Under the pieces are notes generated by a model. The model was not told the DNA's origin. It worked only from the letters and a program-made list of their open reading frames with translations, and made no database searches. From Thermoplasmata archaeon (GTDB lineage Archaea; Thermoplasmatota; Thermoplasmata; Halarchaeoplasmatales; Halarchaeoplasmataceae): a stretch of DNA of 64,000 nucleotides. The DNA lies in contig PUNK01000035.1 in NCBI GenBank assembly GCA_003552585.1, positions 93 through 64,092 on the forward strand, given 5' to 3'. Below, piece after piece: positions 9,847-18,592 of this stretch. Position 1 is the first letter of the stretch; every line of letters begins with the position of its first letter. The translations under genes and the position numbers were made by a program.

Positions 9847-10932
9847 ATGAGTTTGGCTGTAGTGGTTGGTACGAGGCCTGAGATAGTTAAGATGAGCCCG
9901 ATAGTGAGGGCTCTGGAGAAGAGATCAATAGAATACAACCTAATTCATACCGGGCAGCATTACGATCATGAGGTTTCTCAGATATTTATTCAGGAGCTGG
10001 AATTACCACTTCCCGATAAAAATCTAGACGTAGGCTCAGCTAGTCAAGGGATCCAAACTGCTCAAGCACTCATGGGTCTTGAAAAAACATTTAAGGAAAT
10101 GGATAATGAAATAGTGCTTGTTCAGGGGGATACCAATACGGTTTTAGCCGGTGCACTTGCTGCGACCAAAATGGGATTGAAGGTAGGCCACGTGGAGGCA
10201 GGCCTAAGGAGTTACGATCTGAGGATGCCTGAAGAGCACAATCGCCGTCTTACCGATCACTGTTCCCATATGTTATTTGCTCCTACCGAGAACAGTGCTG
10301 AGATCCTGCGAAAAGAAAGTGTTTGGGGTGATGTTCATGTCACGGGTAATACTGTGATAGATGCATGTTTACAGAATATGGAACTGGCCGTGTCTCGGGC
10401 AGAATTGGAGTTCGAGATGCCTGAAGATTTTGTTTTGATAACCGCTCACAGGGCAGAGAATGTTGATGACACTCGAGTTCTTGGTGAACTAATTAAAATT
10501 TTTAAAGGTATCGAGGGCATCAAGATCTACCCTATACATCCCCGTGCAGAAAAGATGTTTAAAGAAAAGGGTATGTATGACAAGCTAAGATCTATCGAGG
10601 GCCTCAAACTGTTAAAACCTCAAGGCTACTTTGAATTTCTGTTACTAATGAAACACGCTAGATATATATTGACCGACTCGGGTGGTATACAGGAGGAGGC
10701 TACTGCACCCAATATTCAAAAAAAGGTGTTCGTTTTAAGGGAATCAACAGAAAGACCTGAGGCAGTAAAGGCAGGTTATGCCGAGGTCGTCGGTACATCG
10801 AGTGAAAAAGTCCTCAAAGCCATAAATAGATTCGAAGAAGAGGATTGGCAACCTAATGAATGTCCTTATGGATATGGTAATGCAGGAGAAAAAATTGTCG
10901 ATATAATTACTAGATCAGATCTTGATATATGA
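9847..10932 (+). CDS. wecB: UDP-N-acetylglucosamine 2-epimerase (non-hydrolysing)
   Basis: N-terminus VVGTRPEIVKMSPIV...HTGQHYD and the overall WecB/MnaA layout. Confidence 0.9.
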   Translation: MSLAVVVGTRPEIVKMSPIVRALEKRSIEYNLIHTGQHYDHEVSQIFIQELELPLPDKNLDVGSASQGIQTAQALMGLEKTFKEMDNEIVLVQGDTNTVLAGALAATKMGLKVGHVEAGLRSYDLRMPEEHNRRLTDHCSHMLFAPTENSAEILRKESVWGDVHVTGNTVIDACLQNMELAVSRAELEFEMPEDFVLITAHRAENVDDTRVLGELIKIFKGIEGIKIYPIHPRAEKMFKEKGMYDKLRSIEGLKLLKPQGYFEFLLLMKHARYILTDSGGIQEEATAPNIQKKVFVLRESTERPEAVKAGYAEVVGTSSEKVLKAINRFEEEDWQPNECPYGYGNAGEKIVDIITRSDLDI

Positions 10933-11740
10933 CTTTGAGAATCTTGATAATTTTTTCGGGATGATGATACCTTTCAACAAATTCTCTTGGTTCGTCGATC
11001 TGGTCCGGGTTCTCGAACCCATAATAGATCGTGTATTTTTCGGGAAAATCGGTGTAAGTCCGTAGGCCACAAGCCATAGCTTCTAAGCGACCCAATGAAA
11101 CCGGGTCTCTCAGAGCACCTATCATGGATTTGTAATTGTTGAATAGTTTAGGAAGCTCTTCATGGGCAACGAAATCCAATATATTAACATTTTTTGGAAA
11201 CTCTATTTCGGTACCCCAATTTACGCAGTCATAAACTCTGTCAGAATCAATAAGTTTTAGAATTCTTTGTTCGCCGGCGAACCGTCCAAAAAGGAGTATC
11301 CGTTCGCTTTTTTTTACTTCAAGAGGGCGAAACAGTTTCAGGTCTACTGGATTTGGTATGTATGTTCCAGCTGACCATTCAAGTAGGTCTGGAGTACTCA
11401 AAAGAACTTTGTCTGCTCTTCGCCTGGTGATAGAACTGTATATTCTATGGTGTATAGGGAGGTTTCTCGCTCCATCAGATTCGATTCTTCGGATGTCACT
11501 GCCGTGACAGTGTAAAACAAATGGAATCCCCTTCCTTCTTGCTTGTCTGCCTGCTTTTATCGTGTTTTTGGTAAGGCAATAATGCCCATGAACTATATCG
11601 TAATCTTTTTCCACCTTCCCAGTTAAACTGATATCGATATTTATGTCTACAGCATATCTTTGGTAAGTGCGGATTATGTTTCGCATCGGGACCGCATCAG
11701 GAGAGCATACGTGTAATACGTTCATTCGGACCGTTATCAA
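10910..11740 (-). CDS. glycosyltransferase, GT4-like (compact)
   Basis: C-terminal GRLEAMACG (E-x7-E region) typical of GT1/GT4 retaining transferases. Convergent with wecB, 23-nt overlap. Confidence 0.65.
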   Translation of the reverse strand: MITVRMNVLHVCSPDAVPMRNIIRTYQRYAVDINIDISLTGKVEKDYDIVHGHYCLTKNTIKAGRQARRKGIPFVLHCHGSDIRRIESDGARNLPIHHRIYSSITRRRADKVLLSTPDLLEWSAGTYIPNPVDLKLFRPLEVKKSERILLFGRFAGEQRILKLIDSDRVYDCVNWGTEIEFPKNVNILDFVAHEELPKLFNNYKSMIGALRDPVSLGRLEAMACGLRTYTDFPEKYTIYYGFENPDQIDEPREFVERYHHPEKIIKILKVIYQDLI

Positions 11741-11947
11741 CCCAACGGATAAATTACCTTTCGGTCGAACCGATAATAATTATGTAGGTTATAGTTTTCT
11801 TATGGAAAATACACCCCTTTTCGCCCGTTTGATCCTTCCAAAAAGAATAAAACTATACTAAATCTTTTATAGGACTTGCTTTCATCAATCCTTCCCTGAA
11901 GAGTTGTTTCCTCTTCACATATGCTAATATCCCAAGGAGGATCAAAT

Positions 11948-13744
11948 ATGGTACAAATCCATGACCAAACGCTAAGAGATGCGCACCAATCCGTACTTGC
12001 AACTAGACTGCGTACGGAGGATATGGTACCGATATGTTCTAAGATGGATAAAGTAGGTTTTCATTCTCTGGAAGTATGGGGTGGAGCTACTTTTGACGCA
12101 TGCATTCGGTACCTAAATGAAGATCCATGGCAGAGGCTCAATACTTTGAGTGAACATCTGCCAAATACCCCTCTTCAGATGTTGGAGAGGGCTATGAATA
12201 TAGTCGCCTATAGGAACTATCCCGACGACGTTGTTAAGAAGTTTATATATTATGCGCATAAGAATGGTTGCGATAATTTCAGGATATTCGACGCTCTCAA
12301 TGATCTTCGGAACATGAGGGTTCCCATTGAAACAGCAAAGAAAGTGGGGGGACACGTTCAAGGCTCGCTCTGTTATACGATATCTCCAGTCCATACGGTG
12401 GAGAGGTATGTTGAAGACTTTAAAAAGTTGGAGAGGATGGGTTGCGATTCCTTGTGTATAAAGGACATGGCAGGGATGATCTCGCCTACCAGAGCTTATG
12501 ATATAATCAAAGGTTGTAAGGATGCAGGGATAAAGATCCCTATAGATTTACACAGCCACAACACCTCGGGTATGACCGGATTATCGTACATGAGTGCCTG
12601 TCAAGCGGGTGTGGATATACTGGACACTTCTATATCGTCACTGACCGGTGCGACAGGGCAACCTCCAACCGAGTCCGTTGTCGCGGCTTTGAAGGACACT
12701 GAGTACGATACTGGTTACGACATGAATCTGCTTATGGAAATCAGGGAATACTTCAATGAAATTTGGAGAAAGTACAGTCATTTACACAGGGAACAAGCCC
12801 TTAGGATAGATCCTTCTGTAACCATGCATCAGATCCCTGGAGGTATGCTTTCTAATCTTGTCAACCAGCTTGAAAAGCAGGGAGCTGCAGACAAATACGA
12901 AGAGGTGTTAAAGGAGGTTCCAAGAGTTAGGAAGGACTTTGGATACCCTCCTCTTGTCACTCCGTCCTCTCAGGTGGTCGGTGTTCAATCGGTGATGAAC
13001 GTTAAATTCGGTAGATACGAGAGGATCACTAACGATACTAAGGAGTACTTCAGAGGGATGTATGGCAGGCCACCAGGAGAGATCTCGGAAGAGATGTACG
13101 AGAAAATCCTCGGTCCCAACTGGGAAGACGAAGTTATAGATGATAGACCGGCCAGCCTGAAGGAGCCGGAATTCAAGAAGAGAAAGGATGAGCTTGAAGA
13201 TCTCGGTCTTCTTAAAAAGCCAGAGGACGTGCTTACCTACACTATATACCCCGACATAGGTCTTAAATTCCTCAAAGGGCAGGTGAAGCCGGAATTCACC
13301 TCGGATCAATTACCATTAAAGAAGCCTGAAGAGGAAAAAGAGGTTATCCGAAGACCGGAATACCCCATCCAGGGAAAGGTAAAGGTGGACGGCAAGAACT
13401 ACCGGGTGAAGATGAAGAACGAGGATAAGGTCACCGTCGATGGAAAAGATTACCGCATATCAGTCCTCTTCCCAGAAGGTCAAAAGAGTTCTTCAACTAA
13501 ATCAGAAAAGAAATCAGCACCTTCGGGTGAAGAAATAGAGGTGGTCTCACCAATGCTCGGCACCATTCTTAGAATTCCTGTAAACACAGGAGAAAAGGTG
13601 AGTGCGGGCGATCCCATAGCCATACTAGAAGCTATGAAGATGGAGAACGACATATCTGCACCTAAAGACGGGACAGTCAAAGAGCTGCACGTCAAGAAAG
13701 GCGAGGATGTTGAAGAAGGTGCATTGATCGCAACCTTGGTGTGA
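11948..13744 (+). CDS. oadA: oxaloacetate decarboxylase alpha subunit / pyruvate carboxylase subunit B (carboxyltransferase + biotinyl domain)
   Basis: HMGL-like carboxyltransferase N-domain (HSLEVWGGATFD...). C-terminal biotinyl domain with the EAMKM biotinylation motif. GGAGG 8 nt upstream of ATG at 11948; the ORF is open from 11921. Confidence 0.85.
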   Translation: MVQIHDQTLRDAHQSVLATRLRTEDMVPICSKMDKVGFHSLEVWGGATFDACIRYLNEDPWQRLNTLSEHLPNTPLQMLERAMNIVAYRNYPDDVVKKFIYYAHKNGCDNFRIFDALNDLRNMRVPIETAKKVGGHVQGSLCYTISPVHTVERYVEDFKKLERMGCDSLCIKDMAGMISPTRAYDIIKGCKDAGIKIPIDLHSHNTSGMTGLSYMSACQAGVDILDTSISSLTGATGQPPTESVVAALKDTEYDTGYDMNLLMEIREYFNEIWRKYSHLHREQALRIDPSVTMHQIPGGMLSNLVNQLEKQGAADKYEEVLKEVPRVRKDFGYPPLVTPSSQVVGVQSVMNVKFGRYERITNDTKEYFRGMYGRPPGEISEEMYEKILGPNWEDEVIDDRPASLKEPEFKKRKDELEDLGLLKKPEDVLTYTIYPDIGLKFLKGQVKPEFTSDQLPLKKPEEEKEVIRRPEYPIQGKVKVDGKNYRVKMKNEDKVTVDGKDYRISVLFPEGQKSSSTKSEKKSAPSGEEIEVVSPMLGTILRIPVNTGEKVSAGDPIAILEAMKMENDISAPKDGTVKELHVKKGEDVEEGALIATLV

Positions 13745-13932
13745 TTGAAATGACCCCGCTAGAAGTTATAGGTATAGGTCTTATCGTGGTATTCGTGACC
13801 CTTGGAATACTGACCATGAGCACTTATCTGATCGGATTGATCGTCAACAAGTATTTTGATAAACCGGATGATGATGAAAAAGCTAGGGTGGCAGCCATCG
13901 TGGCTGCGATACGATCAAGGGGTGTGCTTTAG
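13741..13932 (+). CDS. oadG: oxaloacetate decarboxylase gamma subunit-like small membrane protein
   Basis: 63 aa, single TM, between the alpha and beta subunits; start overlaps the oadA stop. Confidence 0.55.
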   Translation: MIEMTPLEVIGIGLIVVFVTLGILTMSTYLIGLIVNKYFDKPDDDEKARVAAIVAAIRSRGVL

Positions 13933-15036
13933 ATGTTTGAAACTGGTTTTTTTGCGATAAGCTGGCAACAGGTTGTTATGCTTGCGATCGGATTACTGTT
14001 GATTTACTTGGGAGTTTCTAAAAACATGGAGCCACTCCTTTTGGGTCCTATCGGTTTCGCAGTAATACTCGCTAATCTTCCTTTAACCGGTATCACTGCT
14101 GAACCATCTGGTCTTTTACACGTTGTTTATGAAGAACTAGTGGCCACCGGGATCGTACCACTGGTCATATTTCTAGGTATAGGCACGATGACCGATTTTT
14201 CTCCTTTACTTGCCAATCCAAAAACATTCTTACTGGGAGCAGCAGCTCAGATCGGTATATTCCTTGCTTTAGGATTGGCCATACTGATCGGTTTTGACTT
14301 GAGCGCAGCAGCGTCTATCGGAATCATCGGAGGTGCTGACGGTCCCACAGCGATTTATGCAGCCACTCAGCTTGTAGCCGATCGACCGGCTATAATAGCA
14401 GCGGTAACTGTATCCGCATATTCATATATGGCACTGGTCCCGATCATACAACCACCAATCATCAAAGCCATGACCACTAAAGAACAGAGAAAGATCCGGA
14501 TGGGAAAGATGAGAAAGGTGAGTAAACTTGAAAAGATAGTATTTCCCATCGGAGTTACTATCATCGTCGGACTGATCGTCCCCTCTGCATTACCCCTTGT
14601 AGGTATGTTGATGCTTGGAAATCTGTTTCAGACCTCCGGTGTTATGGATAGGCTATCCGATACCGGTGGTAATGCATTGATGGATATAGCGACGATAATG
14701 CTCGGTTTGGGGGTCGGTTACTTGATGACTGGGAACACATTCTTACAATTGGAGACCATAAAGATCTTACTTCTCGGAGTTTTTGCCTTCGCCACCGCCA
14801 CTGCAGGGGGCACGGTTTTTGGACTCATATTCTATAAACTATCAGGGGGCAAAATCAATCCGATGGTTGGTGCGGCCGGTGTTTCAGCAGTACCTATGGC
14901 CTCTCGCGTGGTGCAAAAGATGGGACAGGAAGAGGATGCAGGGAGTCATCTTTTGATGCATGCTATGGGACCGAACGTAGCAGGTGTTATCGGCTCTGCT
15001 ACAGCGGCAGGAATTTTGATCGGATTACTTGGGTGA
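13933..15036 (+). CDS. oadB: Na+-transporting oxaloacetate/methylmalonyl-CoA decarboxylase beta subunit
   Basis: 367 aa polytopic membrane protein resembling the OadB/GcdB family; directly follows oadG. Confidence 0.8.
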   Translation: MFETGFFAISWQQVVMLAIGLLLIYLGVSKNMEPLLLGPIGFAVILANLPLTGITAEPSGLLHVVYEELVATGIVPLVIFLGIGTMTDFSPLLANPKTFLLGAAAQIGIFLALGLAILIGFDLSAAASIGIIGGADGPTAIYAATQLVADRPAIIAAVTVSAYSYMALVPIIQPPIIKAMTTKEQRKIRMGKMRKVSKLEKIVFPIGVTIIVGLIVPSALPLVGMLMLGNLFQTSGVMDRLSDTGGNALMDIATIMLGLGVGYLMTGNTFLQLETIKILLLGVFAFATATAGGTVFGLIFYKLSGGKINPMVGAAGVSAVPMASRVVQKMGQEEDAGSHLLMHAMGPNVAGVIGSATAAGILIGLLG

Positions 15037-15370
15037 TAATATGAAAAATGTATTCATAAAAAAAGGAAATGAAAGCAAACAAAAAGAGGTTGATGGTAAG
15101 ATATTTCGCCTTCTCCAGAAGTCGAATAACATGGAAGCGATAATAGCAGAATTAGATGTAGGTGTGGAATCTGACAGGTACTTTCATGAAGGGGAAGAAT
15201 TCCACCTGGTGCTCAGCGGCGAGATAGAATATATCGTCGGAGATGAGGTATATAGAATGGAGGCGGGAGACAGCCTTTGGCATGTTTCAGATATTTCCCA
15301 CGGAGCCAAGAACGTTGGAGATGAAAAAGCGGTATACATAACTATAAGCACGCCTCCGACGTTTATGTGA
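15029..15370 (+). CDS. cupin-domain protein
   Basis: 113 aa with a cupin_2-like two-motif core (HxH...E, ...H). Confidence 0.55.
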   Translation: MGDNMKNVFIKKGNESKQKEVDGKIFRLLQKSNNMEAIIAELDVGVESDRYFHEGEEFHLVLSGEIEYIVGDEVYRMEAGDSLWHVSDISHGAKNVGDEKAVYITISTPPTFM

Positions 15371-15373
15371 GAT

Positions 15374-16024
15374 GTGAACATGGACATATTCAGGTTTGAT
15401 AAAATCACGTCTTCAAACGATCTAGCTAGGAGTCTTTTTGGCGATAAGGATGACGAATTTGTCGTGGTCGCTAAAGAACAAACAGGTGGAAAAGGACGCA
15501 ACGATCGAAAGTGGGAGTCCCCTCCAGGAAATCTGTATTTCTCTTTGTGTACGAAGGTTACTAGAGCAGCTACATTACGGGCAGGAGTTGCAGTAGCTAA
15601 ATGTTTAGATGACCTTGGTCTCAAAGTTTCCCTAAAGTGGCCCAACGATGTGTTAGTGGATGGTAAGAAAATTGCAGGCATACTTTCTGAGGGAGTTAAC
15701 AACCATGTTATCATCGGATTTGGAGTGAATGTTAATAAGGTGCCGGTTGAGAATGCAACATCCATCGTAAATGAATTAGATAGAGATATAGACTGCGAAA
15801 CTCTTATGGAAGGCATGATAAGTCGATTCCAAAAGTGTGAGGATTTTATGGCTACTTATAGGAAATTTTCCTGCACCATAGGGCGAAATGTGAAGATAAA
15901 AACACCTTCTGGTATAGAAAAAGGTTTGGTTGAAGATGTGGATGAGCAAGGTCGCTTAATATTTGAGGATGGTAGAAAAATATTGGCGGGGGATGTAATA
16001 TACTTAAGAGAAGATAACGAATAG
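15374..16024 (+). CDS. birA: biotin--protein ligase (group I, no HTH)
   Basis: GGKGRNDRKWESPPGNLYFS matches the BPL GRGRxGRxW biotin-binding motif. KIAGIL... catalytic region; 216 aa. Confidence 0.8.
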   Translation: MNMDIFRFDKITSSNDLARSLFGDKDDEFVVVAKEQTGGKGRNDRKWESPPGNLYFSLCTKVTRAATLRAGVAVAKCLDDLGLKVSLKWPNDVLVDGKKIAGILSEGVNNHVIIGFGVNVNKVPVENATSIVNELDRDIDCETLMEGMISRFQKCEDFMATYRKFSCTIGRNVKIKTPSGIEKGLVEDVDEQGRLIFEDGRKILAGDVIYLREDNE

Positions 16025-16072
16025 ATTCGATTGAGATGGGTTTTTAGCAGCCATGTAAGAAGCTGTTTATTT

Positions 16073-17509
16073 TTAAGAAATGTTTTTAAAAAGAGAACGT
16101 AGTAGCTCAAAATCTTTCGGTTCTATAGCTTTTAACAAATAAAGAAGAACAAAGTAAAGAAGAATCGATATAGGGATTGTTATAGTGATAGAGAGGGGGA
16201 TGAACAATGCAGCAGCCATCACCATGCTAGCACCGAAAGGTTTCCATAGGTAAGATAACGGCACGGGGCTTATCGTTAAACTCACTTGATGATAATTGAT
16301 TATGAAATGCAGCATCTCCGCAAAAACCACAGCAGCTGCTGCCCCTTGGACCCCCCATCTAGGGATTAGATACAATGCAGACAATATTAGGAATATAGAA
16401 GAGAATAGTAAGTTGCGCACGGTCAATTTTGTTTGATCTGTCGACCAAAGAACCATTTTAAGACTTCCATTCATGAAAAGAAATGGGATCACCCAGATTA
16501 GTATCCTGAAAACAGGTAGAGTAGCACTGTATTCTTCTATATAAATAAAACCCAATATCTCGTGTCCTGATACATAAAGCCCAACTGTTATGGGGAGAGA
16601 TAGGGCCAGCATGTAGCGCATGGATATCCTGTAAGTGTATCGTAGAGCCTGTTTTGCAGTTTGATACATTCGTGAAAAAACGGGATAAAGAGCTCTTCCA
16701 AATGAATAAGGAACTACCCCTAAAAAGATAACCACCTTCCAGCTGGCACTATAAACACCGATTCCAAAGTCTCCTACTATCAAGCTCAAAAGGAGTATGA
16801 TTATATGTCCGTAAAAAACTGCAAGGAAGGCAAAGGAGGTGAAATGAACCGTTCCCTTGGTAGTCTGAACGATCGTATTGGGTTTTTGAAAAGTACCTTT
16901 TAAACTGACCGTGTAAACGACTGCTGATATAATAAGCCGGATAATGTTTGCAAATAATAGAAACAATATTATTCCTTCTAAGTCAAGTCCAAGAAAAAGG
17001 GCGGAGATCCCTGCAAAAAGATATAATAGATGGCCAAAAAAATCTATTTTTCCTTGTAAATCCATTCTTTCATGTCCCTGGAATATAGCGTTGAACGAAC
17101 CGTATATTTTTTCTATTATCAAGAGACCTCCAGCTAGTAATAGTACGGTTATGGTTATACCTGTCTCTATAGTAGAAAGTATAAATCTATAAATCACAGC
17201 CAATATGGCTAGATATAGAAAAGAAAGGATAACCCTTGACATCAATACGTTTGAAACGAGTTTAGAAGTGACTTCTGGTCTTCTAGAGATGCTTCTTATA
17301 GTCATCTCATCGAATCCAAAGTCTACCACGACAGCAGCTATATAGGCCACTGCCAAGGCAAGGTTAAAGATCCCAAAATTCACTGGAAGAAGATGGTTTG
17401 CCAACAATATTATGAACACTGCAGACATTATCCTAGACGAAAACTTAGCAACGACTAACCATGCAGTATTCCTTGCAATACGAGTACTCGTTCTCAATTT
17501 ACCATGCAT
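16073..17509 (-). CDS. oligosaccharide/polysaccharide flippase (Wzx/MOP superfamily)
   Basis: 478 aa, ~12-14 TM. N-terminal RNTAWLVVAKFSSRIMSAVFIILLAN typical of the polysaccharide-biosynthesis flippase family. Confidence 0.7.
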   Translation of the reverse strand: MHGKLRTSTRIARNTAWLVVAKFSSRIMSAVFIILLANHLLPVNFGIFNLALAVAYIAAVVVDFGFDEMTIRSISRRPEVTSKLVSNVLMSRVILSFLYLAILAVIYRFILSTIETGITITVLLLAGGLLIIEKIYGSFNAIFQGHERMDLQGKIDFFGHLLYLFAGISALFLGLDLEGIILFLLFANIIRLIISAVVYTVSLKGTFQKPNTIVQTTKGTVHFTSFAFLAVFYGHIIILLLSLIVGDFGIGVYSASWKVVIFLGVVPYSFGRALYPVFSRMYQTAKQALRYTYRISMRYMLALSLPITVGLYVSGHEILGFIYIEEYSATLPVFRILIWVIPFLFMNGSLKMVLWSTDQTKLTVRNLLFSSIFLILSALYLIPRWGVQGAAAAVVFAEMLHFIINYHQVSLTISPVPLSYLWKPFGASMVMAAALFIPLSITITIPISILLYFVLLYLLKAIEPKDFELLRSLFKNIS

Positions 17510-17523
17510 GGATTATCCGATAT

Positions 17524-18537
17524 CTATAAAAATTCATTGGCAAGATTCACCATCCATCGGGTCACATCTGTTTTCTCTTCGATCATCTTTTTTCTAGCAA
17601 GTTCTCCATCGGGAGGTGTGTTCAAAAAGTCTTTTACAATGTCGAGAGCGATGTGAGGTGTACTCGCAGTAGTACCTACCTGATATCTTTTTTCTTGATC
17701 ATCAAGATAGCTCCTTCTCCCCTTGGAAAGATAAATCCATGGAGTGCCTAGCACCCCTGCTTCAGAAGCGGCCGTTGCCCCTTCACCTACGTAAAGAGAG
17801 GCGTGTGCTAGAAGTTGATGGTACAGATTTTCCGGGAGAGGATTACGGTACTTTTGCAGTGAGCTTGGCAGATCGAACTCTGAATCAACAACGATGTCTG
17901 AGAGTTCAGAGAGCTTTTTAATGAAATCTATTTTTTGATCCATGCTCATTATGGATTCCCCCTCTTGATGACTGGCATCAAGTGAAGATAAACGTATCAC
18001 TATGTAGTCCTTAATAGAAAGTCTGGTATCGTCGATCGATGATGGATCCGGGCAAAACCTTTCCGGGTGGAGGTATGCTAATTCGTGGTATCCCGGGTAG
18101 GCCCGATGTTTTTTTGAAGGCACTTTTCCCCGGTAACAATCAGGTGTAGCTACGATACTAGCAAAAGGGAAGGTGAGAAGATTAGTTAGTTTAGCCCCCT
18201 CAGTGTCCGTAAAATCGATGGTCGGGGTCCCGAAAAAAGCTCCCGCATGTACTGAATATAAGCCTCCTATCGAGGCTGTAAGATCCGGTTCGAACTTGCG
18301 TGCTTTGGCCAACAAACGTATATCGTTCATCAGAACACCCCATGCCTTGGAAGGCCTATTTGGATAGGTTCGGCCGAAATAGGTGTAATCTAAACCGAAG
18401 AGGTCCAACAATTTTGTGGTGTTTTCTCTCTCCTTAACAGCTATATGGATCTCATGGTTTTTTGATTCCATCTCATCTATGAAGTGTCTAAAGAAATGGA
18501 CGTGGGCAGGATGCCCCATAGCTATCAATATGTTCAA
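17524..18537 (-). CDS. DUF354 family protein (predicted glycosyltransferase/epimerase-like)
   Basis: N-terminus MNILIAMGHPAHVHFFRHFI matches the DUF354 signature. This family is frequently linked to wecB-type genes. Confidence 0.65.
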   Translation of the reverse strand: MNILIAMGHPAHVHFFRHFIDEMESKNHEIHIAVKERENTTKLLDLFGLDYTYFGRTYPNRPSKAWGVLMNDIRLLAKARKFEPDLTASIGGLYSVHAGAFFGTPTIDFTDTEGAKLTNLLTFPFASIVATPDCYRGKVPSKKHRAYPGYHELAYLHPERFCPDPSSIDDTRLSIKDYIVIRLSSLDASHQEGESIMSMDQKIDFIKKLSELSDIVVDSEFDLPSSLQKYRNPLPENLYHQLLAHASLYVGEGATAASEAGVLGTPWIYLSKGRRSYLDDQEKRYQVGTTASTPHIALDIVKDFLNTPPDGELARKKMIEEKTDVTRWMVNLANEFL

Positions 18538-18592
18538 ACGGACACCGATAAAAGTGATAGATTAGGATGGTTATAAAGATAATCCGGTCAAT

